A stretch of DNA of 64,000 bases, from the NCBI GenBank assembly GCA_964636575.1, contig CAZWSE010000001.1:36669-100668 (forward strand). The letters run 5' to 3'. This document shows positions 32,820 to 42,684 of the stretch, piece by piece (position 1 is the stretch's first letter; each line of letters starts with the position of its first letter). Below the pieces are notes generated by a model. That model was not told where the DNA came from and ran no database searches. It saw nothing but the letters and a program-made list of their open reading frames with translations. Source of the DNA: an uncultured Sulfitobacter sp. Its GTDB lineage: Bacteria; Pseudomonadota; Alphaproteobacteria; Rhodobacterales; Rhodobacteraceae. The translations under genes were made by a program, and so were the position numbers.

Positions 32820-33767
32820 ATGACAGCGCCTAAGACCCTAAACTTTTATCTTGAAGACAGCCTGCTTCGCAGCGCCCGCCGAGGAGAGCATAACTTTATA
32901 TCCAAGGTTGCGATGGTGATGCAGCGCAGCGGCTATGACATCAGCTATTTGCCCCAAACGCCCCAAACCGATGCGCAAGCGCGACGGCACAACGGCTATT
33001 CGATGTTTCATATGAAGCCACCGTTGAACGAGCGTGGGCTCGTGTTTCGGCGCGCATATCATTATCCCTTCTGGGCGATTGAGCCTGTGGCAGAGCGATG
33101 GAATTGGACTGTTGCGCAAACCGCTTTCGACCCAGAAGGCGTACCTGAAAAACAGGCCCAACAATTCTACGCCCGCTGGCAAAAGCGGCTGTTCGGCGAG
33201 GCTCCGCTTTCTGCATCGCGTGACGGATATATCTACGTGCCGCTCCAAGGGATGCTAAGCGTTCATCGGAGCTTTCAAACATGTAGCCCAATGAGCATGA
33301 TCGACGCGATCCTTAAGCATGACCCAACCCGAAAAGTCATCGCGACCTTGCATCCGAAAGAGGTCTACTCAGAGGCAGACATTGCGGCGCTGCATTTACT
33401 TGAAGCCTTGCACAAACGGTTTGAGCTGCGCGCAGGTGGAATGGAGGAACTGCTGCAGGGTTGTGACTATGTGGTGACACAGAATTCGAGCGCCGCCTTT
33501 GCGGGGTACTTTTTCGGAAAGCCTGCGGTGCTGTTTGCCCAGATTGATTTTCATCACATCGCAGCAAGCGTGTCTCATATCGGAGAGGAAGAAGCCTTTC
33601 GCAAGGTACAAGACATCACCCCAGACTATGCCAAGTACATCCATTGGTTTTGGCAGACCATGTCTATAAACGCGGGCCATCCTTCTGCCGAAGAAAAGAT
33701 CAAGGCGGCCATTAAAAGGGCAGGCTGGCCCATGCAAAAAGGCGCCCCGATTCCAGAGCGCCTTTGA
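32820..33767 (+). CDS. Conserved hypothetical protein, possibly a distant capsule-synthesis (KpsS/KpsC-like) glycosyltransferase fold
   Basis: 315 aa from the ATG at 32820. YIYVPLQGMLSVHRSF and VVTQNSSAAFAGYFFGKPAVLF resemble blocks of the Capsule_synth family. This is from memory only. Confidence 0.5.
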   Translation: MTAPKTLNFYLEDSLLRSARRGEHNFISKVAMVMQRSGYDISYLPQTPQTDAQARRHNGYSMFHMKPPLNERGLVFRRAYHYPFWAIEPVAERWNWTVAQTAFDPEGVPEKQAQQFYARWQKRLFGEAPLSASRDGYIYVPLQGMLSVHRSFQTCSPMSMIDAILKHDPTRKVIATLHPKEVYSEADIAALHLLEALHKRFELRAGGMEELLQGCDYVVTQNSSAAFAGYFFGKPAVLFAQIDFHHIAASVSHIGEEEAFRKVQDITPDYAKYIHWFWQTMSINAGHPSAEEKIKAAIKRAGWPMQKGAPIPERL

Positions 33768-33786
33768 ATTCAGTTTTGCAACCGGC

Positions 33787-34107
33787 TTAGATGGATTCCG
33801 TGATCCAGCTTTCCAGTGCGGCCTTTGGACGAGCGCCCGCAGCATTGGCAACGACTTCACCGTTTTTGAAGATGAACAGCGCCGGAATACCACGCACGCC
33901 CATTTGTGAAGGTGCCATAGGATTTTCATCGACGTTCACTTTGACGATTTTGACCTTGCCGGCCATCTCGTCAGAAAGTTCTTCCAGCGATGGACCGATT
34001 TGCTTGCATGGGCCACACCACTCCGCCCAAAAATCGACAACCACTGGGATGTCTGAATTTTTGACTTCGGTCTCAAAGGTGTCGTCTGTGACTGCGATGG
34101 TGGCCAT
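33787..34107 (-). CDS. trxA: Thioredoxin
   Basis: 106 aa with WAEWCGPCK active site. Confidence 0.95.
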   Translation of the reverse strand: MATIAVTDDTFETEVKNSDIPVVVDFWAEWCGPCKQIGPSLEELSDEMAGKVKIVKVNVDENPMAPSQMGVRGIPALFIFKNGEVVANAAGARPKAALESWITESI

Positions 34108-34156
34108 TAGGTCGTCTCCTGATCGGAAAAATGAAGTTGTCTTCGTTGCACCATAC

Positions 34157-37100
34157 CTATGAAGACCCTGCTATATCGTCAAGATATGGTGTTCCGATTA
34201 GGGATTTCGTCACAGCATCGTGCGGTAACGTCATAAGTTGTGCTGTTTTGGTCCACACGATCGCAGTTTCGATCTTCTTTTGAGGGTAGATTTGGGACAG
34301 ACCGATTTGATAGGCCGCCATTTGTCTAAGAAGGCCCAGTGGGCAAAGATCGGGCTGGTCTGGGACAAGTGTGTTTGACTTGAAGTCGATCGCAAGCACC
34401 CGGTCTGGTTCCACGATTAGCCTGTCAATGGTTCCTCGCAAGACCTCCCCAGCCATCTTGGCTGTAAAGGGCACTTCGGCCAGCGTGCCATCCTCGAACA
34501 CATGTGCAAGCGCAGGAGATTTGATAACTTTTGCAGCCTCATCGAGCAGGTCGTTACAAAGTGCAATGTCATCCGATTCCAAAAGGATGGGTGTCAGATC
34601 GGCCCATTTGTCAGGGTCGATTGAAGGAAGGTGTTCGAGCAATAGATGGATCTGTGTGCCTCTTTCCTTCGCCTGTTCTTCTGTTTGACCGCTGTCCCCA
34701 GGAAGCGCCTTGGGACCCTCCATTTCAGAGGGTGTATGTGGTTTTTGCGTTAAAGGTGCTGTGTGCTTGTTGTTAAAATGCGTGGGCAAGACAACCGTTG
34801 AAACGACCGCAGGTTTCGGGTGTTCAACTGGTGCACCCAACCAATCCAAGTCAGAGACCCGTAGGCCTTCGCCAACAAGAAAAGTGTGCTCAGCGGCCCC
34901 TGCCTTCGTCATGCCAGACCGAATAAGCTGATACCATGATCCATCCTCCTCTTTTGCCAGCTGCCCAGCGCCCGCAACGATAAGCCACTTCTCTGCTCGG
35001 GTCATGGCGACGTAGAGTAACCGCAAGCGTTCCTGCAGCGCAGCGTCTTTCCATGAGGCGACCGCATCCGACACAGTTGTCGGCATGTCATCAGACGCAG
35101 GTTTCCACAAAACGGTTCCGGCACACTTCACCAATTCTTCTCGCTGTTGAAGTGTGCGATTGGCGGTATCAGGCAGAATTACAATCGGTGCTTCTAACCC
35201 TTTGGCCCCGTGCACGGTCATTACCCTGATTTGATCGCTGGCGCTGTCGATCTGGCGCTTGATATCTAGGTCATCGTTTTCCATCCAAACCAGAAATCCG
35301 GTCAGGCTAGGAACTTCAGATTGCTCATAGGCAAGCGCTTGCGACAGAAGTGCGTCAATACCGTCCTCTGCCTCTGGCCCTAATCGAGCAAGCAGCTTTT
35401 GCCGTCCACTGTGTTTGGTTAGAACTCGTTCGATCAGGTCGTAGGGTCGCAAAAATCCTGGGCTGTTCCGCAGATCTTTTAGGACCGTTAGAGTTTGGGC
35501 ATGCACATCGGTTTGGGCGCGCAGGGCCTGCCATAGGTAAGGGCCTGATCGTCGCGCAGATAGATCGAACAGCTGCTGTTCCGTCCATCCAAACAACGGT
35601 GACTTCAGAACCGTCGCAAGTGCGAGATTGTCTTCCGGTGTCGCCAAAAAAGCGAGCAACGCGCCAAGGTCTTTCACAGCCATTTCGGCCCCAACCTTTA
35701 AACGGTCTGCGCCTGCGACGGGCAACTTCAGAGCTTTGCACGCGCGAATGACTTCTTCAAAAATCGCGCTTCGACGCTGCACCAAGATCAGAAAATCACC
35801 CGCGCGAATGGGTCTTCTAAAAACGATACCGTCTTTGTCATCGGGTATCGTTTCGCCGCTTTTGATTAGTCGTCTGATTTCAGCAGCAATCGAGTCCGCA
35901 AGCAGAACGCTTTCATTCCGCGGACTGCGGCGGTCAATCGGCTCGTACCAAGTGCGGTCATCGTCTTCTTTCGACTTCTCTCTGAACGGCCAAAGATCAA
36001 CCCGACCGGGTAAGCCAGATTTGAAAGCGATATGTTGGGATGTATCGTCAAACCCAGCCTCGTCCATTCCTTCAAATGTATGGTCAACAGTCCGCAAGAT
36101 CGCTGCCGAAGACCGGAACGAATAATCCAGTGACCGCTCTTTAAGGTCTGTGTTTGAAGGCTTCAACTTGGCTGCGAACTCTTCGCGCATCCGGTCGAAT
36201 TCTCGTGGATCAGCGCCTTGGAAAGAATAGATCGACTGCTTTTTGTCACCCACTACAAACAGCGTCCGGCTGACATTGCTGCGGGATCCATGTCCGCTGG
36301 TAAATTCGTGGGCGAGCCGTTCAATGACCGTCCATTGCGCTGGGCTTGTGTCTTGGGCTTCGTCGACAAGTATGTGATCGATCCCGCCGTCAAGCTTGTA
36401 CAGGACCCAGTCCGAGGCAAGCTTGTTGTTCAAAAGATCGGCAGCTTTGTAAATCAGGTCATCAAAATCCAACCAGCCCCTAAGTTGTTTGGCTTGCGCG
36501 TATTGCGGCAAGAAGACATGCGCAAAGTCATGAAGTGCTTTCGATTTGTATGCAGCGGCAAGGCTAAGCCTATCAGAACGCGCAGCCTCAACCCGGCGCA
36601 TCAGGTCGTTTAGATCGTCTTGCAGGTCTGTGATTTTCTCACGGGTGTTCTTGGTCGGGAAGTCATCAACCTTGGCTGTGAAAGGCCCTGAAGCTTTGGC
36701 GCTCTTGCCACGCAATAAAACACTCTCAAGGGCTGGCAAAGATGCATAGTCGATGCCAACAGATTTCAATATCTCCGCATGCTTTTGATCGGTCACGGTT
36801 CCGGTTTGAAGAGCTGGGATAAGTGCGTCTAGTAACTTGCGCTCTCCTCCGATAAACACCGATGCTGCGATGTCCTTTTCGTCGTATCCTTTCGGCAACC
36901 CAAACAATGCAATTAGATCGTCCCAGCCCATTGGCTGCTCTAACGCCAGGCGCTGGCTGACGATTGCTTTGGTCAGATCGTCAAAATCAGGGCCACTAAC
37001 ATACCGCGCGACAGCATGGAGCAGAGGGGCCTGCGCGCCGCTTGCAATGTCTTCTACTATTTCTGCGCGCAGTAGCTGCGCCGCGCGATCTTCGATTTCG

Positions 37101-37537
37101 GTGAAGCCCGGACTGACCCCAGCTTCGAGAGGGAACCGCCGAAGCAAAGCTGCACAGAACGAATGAATTGTCTGAATTTTCAGACCACCCGGTGTTTCTA
37201 ATGCGCTGGCAAACAGTTTCCGCGCCGCGCGCAATTCGCTTTCGTCAATCGACCCACTGACCCCAAGGTCCTGCAGGGCTTTTCGCAATTCGTCATTTGG
37301 GCGCATGGCCCAATCGCCCAGCCTTTTGAACAACCGGTTCTGCATCTCGGACGCGGCCGCTTTGGTATAAGTCAGGCACAAGATGTGATTAGGCAGAACC
37401 CCATCCAACAAAAGCCGTGCAACGCGATCTGTCAGCACGCGAGTTTTGCCAGACCCCGCATTCGCACCGAGCCATGTAGACTGGGTTGGATCGGCCGCCT
37501 GGATCTGGCGGTTTGTCGCGTCGTCGCGGGCGATCAT
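34157..37537 (-). CDS. addA: Double-strand break repair helicase-nuclease AddA
   Basis: UvrD-type helicase motifs ([31 protein letters not shown]) plus a C-terminal PD-(D/E)XK nuclease (IDRL..IDFKS). Confidence 0.9.
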   Translation of the reverse strand: MIARDDATNRQIQAADPTQSTWLGANAGSGKTRVLTDRVARLLLDGVLPNHILCLTYTKAAASEMQNRLFKRLGDWAMRPNDELRKALQDLGVSGSIDESELRAARKLFASALETPGGLKIQTIHSFCAALLRRFPLEAGVSPGFTEIEDRAAQLLRAEIVEDIASGAQAPLLHAVARYVSGPDFDDLTKAIVSQRLALEQPMGWDDLIALFGLPKGYDEKDIAASVFIGGERKLLDALIPALQTGTVTDQKHAEILKSVGIDYASLPALESVLLRGKSAKASGPFTAKVDDFPTKNTREKITDLQDDLNDLMRRVEAARSDRLSLAAAYKSKALHDFAHVFLPQYAQAKQLRGWLDFDDLIYKAADLLNNKLASDWVLYKLDGGIDHILVDEAQDTSPAQWTVIERLAHEFTSGHGSRSNVSRTLFVVGDKKQSIYSFQGADPREFDRMREEFAAKLKPSNTDLKERSLDYSFRSSAAILRTVDHTFEGMDEAGFDDTSQHIAFKSGLPGRVDLWPFREKSKEDDDRTWYEPIDRRSPRNESVLLADSIAAEIRRLIKSGETIPDDKDGIVFRRPIRAGDFLILVQRRSAIFEEVIRACKALKLPVAGADRLKVGAEMAVKDLGALLAFLATPEDNLALATVLKSPLFGWTEQQLFDLSARRSGPYLWQALRAQTDVHAQTLTVLKDLRNSPGFLRPYDLIERVLTKHSGRQKLLARLGPEAEDGIDALLSQALAYEQSEVPSLTGFLVWMENDDLDIKRQIDSASDQIRVMTVHGAKGLEAPIVILPDTANRTLQQREELVKCAGTVLWKPASDDMPTTVSDAVASWKDAALQERLRLLYVAMTRAEKWLIVAGAGQLAKEEDGSWYQLIRSGMTKAGAAEHTFLVGEGLRVSDLDWLGAPVEHPKPAVVSTVVLPTHFNNKHTAPLTQKPHTPSEMEGPKALPGDSGQTEEQAKERGTQIHLLLEHLPSIDPDKWADLTPILLESDDIALCNDLLDEAAKVIKSPALAHVFEDGTLAEVPFTAKMAGEVLRGTIDRLIVEPDRVLAIDFKSNTLVPDQPDLCPLGLLRQMAAYQIGLSQIYPQKKIETAIVWTKTAQLMTLPHDAVTKSLIGTPYLDDIAGSS

Positions 37538-40509
37538 GTCAGATCCTCTGGTGATACCTCAAAGGTCGCATCCCATTCGCCATATCTGGAAAGCGAGTCG
37601 TAGTCGCTACCGTAAGCATCACGTTCCATCATTAATCGCGCTGTGAAACCGGTTTCTGGGTTCAGATAGCTGTTTAGAAGTAATTGCAACCGAGCCCATG
37701 TCTCATCAGGCGTTTCGCCGACATCGTCCCGTATCTCTGCACTGCCCTTGGCTTCGAAAGGTGCCTCAACGATGGACGGTGTTCTGCCGACGCCAACAAA
37801 CGCCGCATGACTAACACTGCTTTTTCCTACAGCTTTGAATCCACCACGTTCCATCATAGCGGCTTCGATGAGGAGTTGTTTATCAAAGTTGCGTTGCTGT
37901 CGGCGGCTTGGGGGCGTTCCGGTTTTATAGTCATATAGGACAACGTCACCTTCGGTGTTTCGATCAATGCGGTCTGCTCGCACGCGCAACCTGTACCCTG
38001 TTGTGCCGACCTCAATGTCACCTACGGCCGCGTTCTCTGTCGCGATTGGGTGGCCTTCTGAAAGTCGTTGCCGTTCCCCCTCCACGAACCAATCGGCCAC
38101 GCGTTCCATATCTGACAGCCACTTTATGCGGGTTGCAGGCCAAGGAACTTGATCCTCAAGCTGCCTTTCCATGACTTGCAGCAGGTTCTGTCGCGTGAGC
38201 TTTGAATGATCCGAACTGGCTTGTTTTACAAATTCTTCCAAAACAGAATGTACCAAGATCCCCTTACGCCGTGCATCAGGGGGCTGCTGGATCGCGTTTA
38301 AGGGCTTCAGTCGGAGAATATGCTTTGCGTAGATCGCGTAGGGGTCTCTGATAAGGGTGGAGATTTCTGTCACAGACAGTTTTCGAGGTCTCATTGCAAC
38401 GGGTGGTTGTGGCGACGGACGTTGGGCGGCCTGTACCGAAGTAACCTCTTCAAGGGCTTGAACCTTCGCGATCCAGTCATTGCCGCGTTGGATCATACTT
38501 TCCAAGACTTTAGGACCGTCTAGACTTGGCAACCCGCTCAGTAGGTTGGTCAACCTGTTCAACCACCGTGACGCAACGGTTTCTGCATCATCTGATCTGA
38601 TGGACCTGCTCAGCCAGACTTCTGGCGCGGCAACGGCCTGTTGATAGTCGTGAGCGGACAGACCAATCCGGCGTTCGGGCAACAGCAAACCAGCCTCGTT
38701 TCGCATAGTGCGGTTCAGCCACGGATCGGGTTTCGGTGCCTCAGGCCACGTTCCCTCATTCAGTCCGCCCAAGATCAGCAGATCAGCACCCTGTACACGA
38801 GCCTCCAAGGTGCCCCAGATCATGATGTTTGGGTGAGGCGCAAACTCATTTCGAACCTCGCCGCCTGACAAAACCGAGCCTAACAAACCCACAAAGTCTG
38901 AAGCGGTTGTGTCACCACCAAACACAGCCTGCGTTTCAAAGTCAGCCATGATGCGCAGGGCTTCTTTGCCCGCATCTTTGAGCCAGAGTTCTCCCGATTG
39001 GTTTGGAACTCCGCCGCCGGCAATCGTTTCGGAAAGAGACCGAACCAGCGCCACCCAACTTTCCAGCGGCTGCACGCCAGACGTCTTTACGTTGGTCAGA
39101 TGCGTGCAGAGCCAGTCGACCCAAGCGGATCGTTCTGGGGAAGGGTTAAGCATGGCCCAACCTTTCAAAACATCTTGCGTCGGAAATGGAATCATTTCTT
39201 TACGCAGGTATAGTTCAAGATCACTTGTGAACCGCAGGTGATCGTTTCGATCATCTTGTGAATGGGACAAAGGGTGGCGAAGCAATGTCAGCAAATGCTC
39301 AACGGTCAGCTCGTCGGTCAGTAGGTTTGCAACATGGCGCAAGAAACGCCCTGGAGGCGACAGTTGAAGCGGAATACCAGCACTGTCGTCGGGCAATATT
39401 CCCCAGCGATCTAATGCGGCGGTGACCCTTCTTGTTAGCATACGATCAGGAGTTATCAGGGCTGCAGATTGACCGTCCTCGGCGGCCTGTCGCAACCGCA
39501 TTGCGATCGCCATCGCTTCGGTACGGGGATTTGGCGCTTCAACTAAGGTGACGGGACCCATCGCTTGCTCAAGGTTTTCAAGATTTGGGCCTTCATCTAG
39601 CCACGCATCCGTTACCGGAGCAGGGCGCAAGGACAGCGATATTATTTTGTTTCGGCCAGAGACGGGCGACGCGGTTTCCAGCCAATTCTGAATGCAATCT
39701 CGATCTACCCCCATCAGGGTCACTAATTTCGCAAACCGGTACTGGGGGTGATCCTCAGAGGTCATCGGATCTTGGAGTTCCGCCCAAACGGAGCTTGGCA
39801 CATCAGAATCGAAGCCCGGTAAAATGACCGCACCTTGAGGAAGTTTCGCAACAGCTTGCATTAGCGCCATTGTGGCCCCGCGCGAGCCGGTCGAGCCCGC
39901 GACGATCACAGGGTGCTCCGGAGGAGTTTCCGTCCAGCGCGCAGTCAGGGTTTCAATTACTTTGCGCTGCCGGGATTCTTTGTCAGGGGCCTCATCGGTG
40001 TCGCCGAAGTACCGTTGTACAATGTCAATAAAGGTAAGCGCGCGAGCCCAGTGACCAGATTGGTCGGAAACATCCAAAGACTTTATGACGCTGGGCGGAA
40101 CACCTTCACCGTTCATTTCGTCCATCAAAGTCGCAAGGCTGTCTGCCAGATCAAATGCAGAGGTCCGCGCAGAAAGCGATGTATCGCTTTCGATAAGCTT
40201 GGTGATCAATGGCACCAACTCCAACCTGCGCCGAAGCGGTGAAACAGCAGGTTGTATTTCGTCAAGCATTGACACATCGGCCAAGTCGGTCAGCAACTTT
40301 ATCTGTGGCAGCAACACCGCTGGCCCTTGATCAAAAAGGTCAACAATCCGGCGTTGCATGCGTCTCGTGTTCACGATCAACTCAACCTTGGCCAGATCTT
40401 CTGGTGGCCTGCCTTCCATGCGAGAAAGCAACCCGTCTACAAGGGCCTTCGGGAAATCGTGTCCAGGCGCGACGCCGTAAAGCCGTGGATCTGTTGAGTG
40501 TTCAAACAT
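37534..40509 (-). CDS. addB: Double-strand break repair protein AddB (alphaproteobacterial type)
   Basis: 991 aa with a C-terminal nuclease motif (ADRIDR...VLYDYKTG). Translationally coupled upstream of addA. Confidence 0.9.
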   Translation of the reverse strand: MFEHSTDPRLYGVAPGHDFPKALVDGLLSRMEGRPPEDLAKVELIVNTRRMQRRIVDLFDQGPAVLLPQIKLLTDLADVSMLDEIQPAVSPLRRRLELVPLITKLIESDTSLSARTSAFDLADSLATLMDEMNGEGVPPSVIKSLDVSDQSGHWARALTFIDIVQRYFGDTDEAPDKESRQRKVIETLTARWTETPPEHPVIVAGSTGSRGATMALMQAVAKLPQGAVILPGFDSDVPSSVWAELQDPMTSEDHPQYRFAKLVTLMGVDRDCIQNWLETASPVSGRNKIISLSLRPAPVTDAWLDEGPNLENLEQAMGPVTLVEAPNPRTEAMAIAMRLRQAAEDGQSAALITPDRMLTRRVTAALDRWGILPDDSAGIPLQLSPPGRFLRHVANLLTDELTVEHLLTLLRHPLSHSQDDRNDHLRFTSDLELYLRKEMIPFPTQDVLKGWAMLNPSPERSAWVDWLCTHLTNVKTSGVQPLESWVALVRSLSETIAGGGVPNQSGELWLKDAGKEALRIMADFETQAVFGGDTTASDFVGLLGSVLSGGEVRNEFAPHPNIMIWGTLEARVQGADLLILGGLNEGTWPEAPKPDPWLNRTMRNEAGLLLPERRIGLSAHDYQQAVAAPEVWLSRSIRSDDAETVASRWLNRLTNLLSGLPSLDGPKVLESMIQRGNDWIAKVQALEEVTSVQAAQRPSPQPPVAMRPRKLSVTEISTLIRDPYAIYAKHILRLKPLNAIQQPPDARRKGILVHSVLEEFVKQASSDHSKLTRQNLLQVMERQLEDQVPWPATRIKWLSDMERVADWFVEGERQRLSEGHPIATENAAVGDIEVGTTGYRLRVRADRIDRNTEGDVVLYDYKTGTPPSRRQQRNFDKQLLIEAAMMERGGFKAVGKSSVSHAAFVGVGRTPSIVEAPFEAKGSAEIRDDVGETPDETWARLQLLLNSYLNPETGFTARLMMERDAYGSDYDSLSRYGEWDATFEVSPEDLT

Positions 40510-41194
40510 CGGCGGACCTCATCATGTCTTCGGCCAAAGCGATCCCTTCAGGTCTGCCCACATCACACCAACCGCCGCTGTGCTGAATACCGTACAATCG
40601 ACCCGCAGCGATCATTTGATCCCAAACGACATTCAGTGAGAATGATGCTTCTTTAACATCGGCCAACAAGTCTGTTTTCAAGATTTGAATACCGCCGTAA
40701 ATCAACCCGTCTCCACGGGTTAAGCTGCCCTTCGCATCCGGCACGAAGTTTCCCGCACCCCTAAATCCCACAGCTTGGTCTTTAGGAACACACATCAAAA
40801 GAGCATCCATAGTCGAAGGGTTCCAAGCATCCAAAAGAGCAATCAACGGGTTTGGGCCTGTCCATATGGCATCAGTGTTCATCGTAAAAACGGGATTGTT
40901 CCCGAGAAGGCTTAACGCCTTTCTAAGCCCGCCGCCTGTTTCCAGAATTTCGCCGTCCTCGACTGATAGCTTTACCCCTTTTGGTGCGAGGTAGTCAGTA
41001 AGCATCTGCGGCTTGTAGTGAACATTGGCGACCAAAGTTTCGGGCGATACAGCTTCCGCAAGTTCAAGGGCATGATCGATCAAGGGCTTGCCATCCACTT
41101 CGATCAAGGGCTTCGGTCTGTCCGCAGTCAAAGACCCCATGCGTGTTCCAAACCCCGCGGCAAAAAGCATTACTGATCGAGGCGTATCGGGCAT
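40502..41194 (-). CDS. murU: Nucleotidyltransferase, MurU-like (N-acetylmuramate alpha-1-phosphate uridylyltransferase)
   Basis: LFAAGFGTRM...KPL sugar-nucleotidyltransferase motif. ATG at 41194. Paired with an AmgK-like kinase, as in the MurNAc recycling bypass. Confidence 0.7.
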   Translation of the reverse strand: MPDTPRSVMLFAAGFGTRMGSLTADRPKPLIEVDGKPLIDHALELAEAVSPETLVANVHYKPQMLTDYLAPKGVKLSVEDGEILETGGGLRKALSLLGNNPVFTMNTDAIWTGPNPLIALLDAWNPSTMDALLMCVPKDQAVGFRGAGNFVPDAKGSLTRGDGLIYGGIQILKTDLLADVKEASFSLNVVWDQMIAAGRLYGIQHSGGWCDVGRPEGIALAEDMMRSADV

Positions 41195-42189
41195 TTTGCC
41201 TTGATCCTTTCTAGCGCGTCGATGGTCGGTTCGGGCAAATCCCGAAGGACAGTCTGGGCAACAGATGCCAAAGCGGGATGATCCAGATTGCGCAGTAAAA
41301 ACTTCCAAACACGTGGGATGAAATCAACGTAGTGCGCTTTTCCGTCCCGAACACATAGCCGAACAAAGACGCCCAGAATACGAAGATTTCGCTGCACACC
41401 CAACACAGCATAGGATGCCCTGAAGGCATCCTCGTCCGTTCCCGTTTCAGCGCAGTAGTGCGCAATCATTTCAGCTTCTGTTTGCAATGAAACATCCCGT
41501 CGCGCGTCTTGCAAAACGGATACCAGATCATAAGCTGAATGCCCGATCATGGCGTCTTGAAAGTCCAGTAAACCGACCTTTGCGACCCCGTTTCTGTCCG
41601 GCAACCAAAGCAGGTTTTCTGCGTGGTAGTCCCGCTGGATTAGAACCTGAGATGCGGAGGTGTGCATATCCAAGATAGGCGCAAATTCGGCTTTGAAAGT
41701 CACATCATGATTTTCGTAGTCGATGTCGCCAGCATGTTTGGCGTACCAAATGTAAGAAAGCCCGGACATTTCCGTCATGATGGCAGTGTCATACGCGGCC
41801 ACCTCGGGCAGGGGAGCTTTATGCAAAGATACTAAGACATCTGTTGCAGCGCGATAGAGCACGGGCTCTAGCGTTGGGCTCACTTCAAGGACGCGCGCAA
41901 ACAGATCGTCACCAAGGTCCTCAATCAACAAGAACCCGTTCCGCCCATCTTGGAATAGGATTTCGGGCGCGCTTAAACCGATCGTCTTGAGATGATTGGC
42001 GATAGATATGAATGGGCGTACATCTTCGCCTTTATCAGGGGGCGCATCCATCAGGACGGCAGTCGCACCATCCATGGTAAGCCGCTCATACTTTCGGTTG
42101 GACGCATCCCCCGCGATCAATATCCGTGATGCGTTTGCCCATCCCGATTGGGACAAAAAATCAGCTTTTAGCGCATCTCTACCTATCAT
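41170..42189 (-). CDS. amgK: Aminoglycoside-phosphotransferase-fold kinase, AmgK-like (anomeric MurNAc/GlcNAc kinase)
   Basis: APH-fold catalytic block RDYHAENLLW...LLDFQDA. ATG at 42189 overlaps the tsaE stop. Confidence 0.7.
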   Translation of the reverse strand: MIGRDALKADFLSQSGWANASRILIAGDASNRKYERLTMDGATAVLMDAPPDKGEDVRPFISIANHLKTIGLSAPEILFQDGRNGFLLIEDLGDDLFARVLEVSPTLEPVLYRAATDVLVSLHKAPLPEVAAYDTAIMTEMSGLSYIWYAKHAGDIDYENHDVTFKAEFAPILDMHTSASQVLIQRDYHAENLLWLPDRNGVAKVGLLDFQDAMIGHSAYDLVSVLQDARRDVSLQTEAEMIAHYCAETGTDEDAFRASYAVLGVQRNLRILGVFVRLCVRDGKAHYVDFIPRVWKFLLRNLDHPALASVAQTVLRDLPEPTIDALERIKAKCPIRLDQ

Positions 42190-42653
42190 GATAAAATGCC
42201 CTCTACGGCCCAACGTGGGTGCGACCATGAAAGGGTCATTTGCCTGCTGTCGTCCGACGGTCCATCCGATAAATTCAATGTCAAAGCCGACGTGGGTGCG
42301 TAGGCCCCAAGTCGGTCAGGCCATTCGATCAAACAAATTGCGTTTTCAAATGCATCTATCAGGCCCAGTTCTTCAATTTCGGAAAGGTCGGACAGTCGAT
42401 AGAGATCAGCGTGCCAGATTTCGCCTGCGGGCAGGTCATAGGTCTGAACGAGTGTAAAGGTTGGCGAGGGTACTTCCTCATCCGTGCCAATCAGAGATTG
42501 AATAAGATTGCGTGCCAGAAACGATTTACCCGCCCCAACCATTCCAGACAGCAAAACTGTATCACCGGGTTTGAGCAAAGCGCCCAAGCGCCGCGCAAAA
42601 TGAGCGGTCGCTGTATCGGAGGATAACGAAATTGTCTGTGGTGAAGCAATCAT
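42186..42653 (-). CDS. tsaE: tRNA threonylcarbamoyladenosine biosynthesis ATPase TsaE
   Basis: P-loop GMVGAGKS, SPTFTLV, HADLYR motifs. Confidence 0.9.
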   Translation of the reverse strand: MIASPQTISLSSDTATAHFARRLGALLKPGDTVLLSGMVGAGKSFLARNLIQSLIGTDEEVPSPTFTLVQTYDLPAGEIWHADLYRLSDLSEIEELGLIDAFENAICLIEWPDRLGAYAPTSALTLNLSDGPSDDSRQMTLSWSHPRWAVEGILS

Positions 42654-42684
42654 CCGCCCATCGTGACGGGCCTATGAGGGAGCT

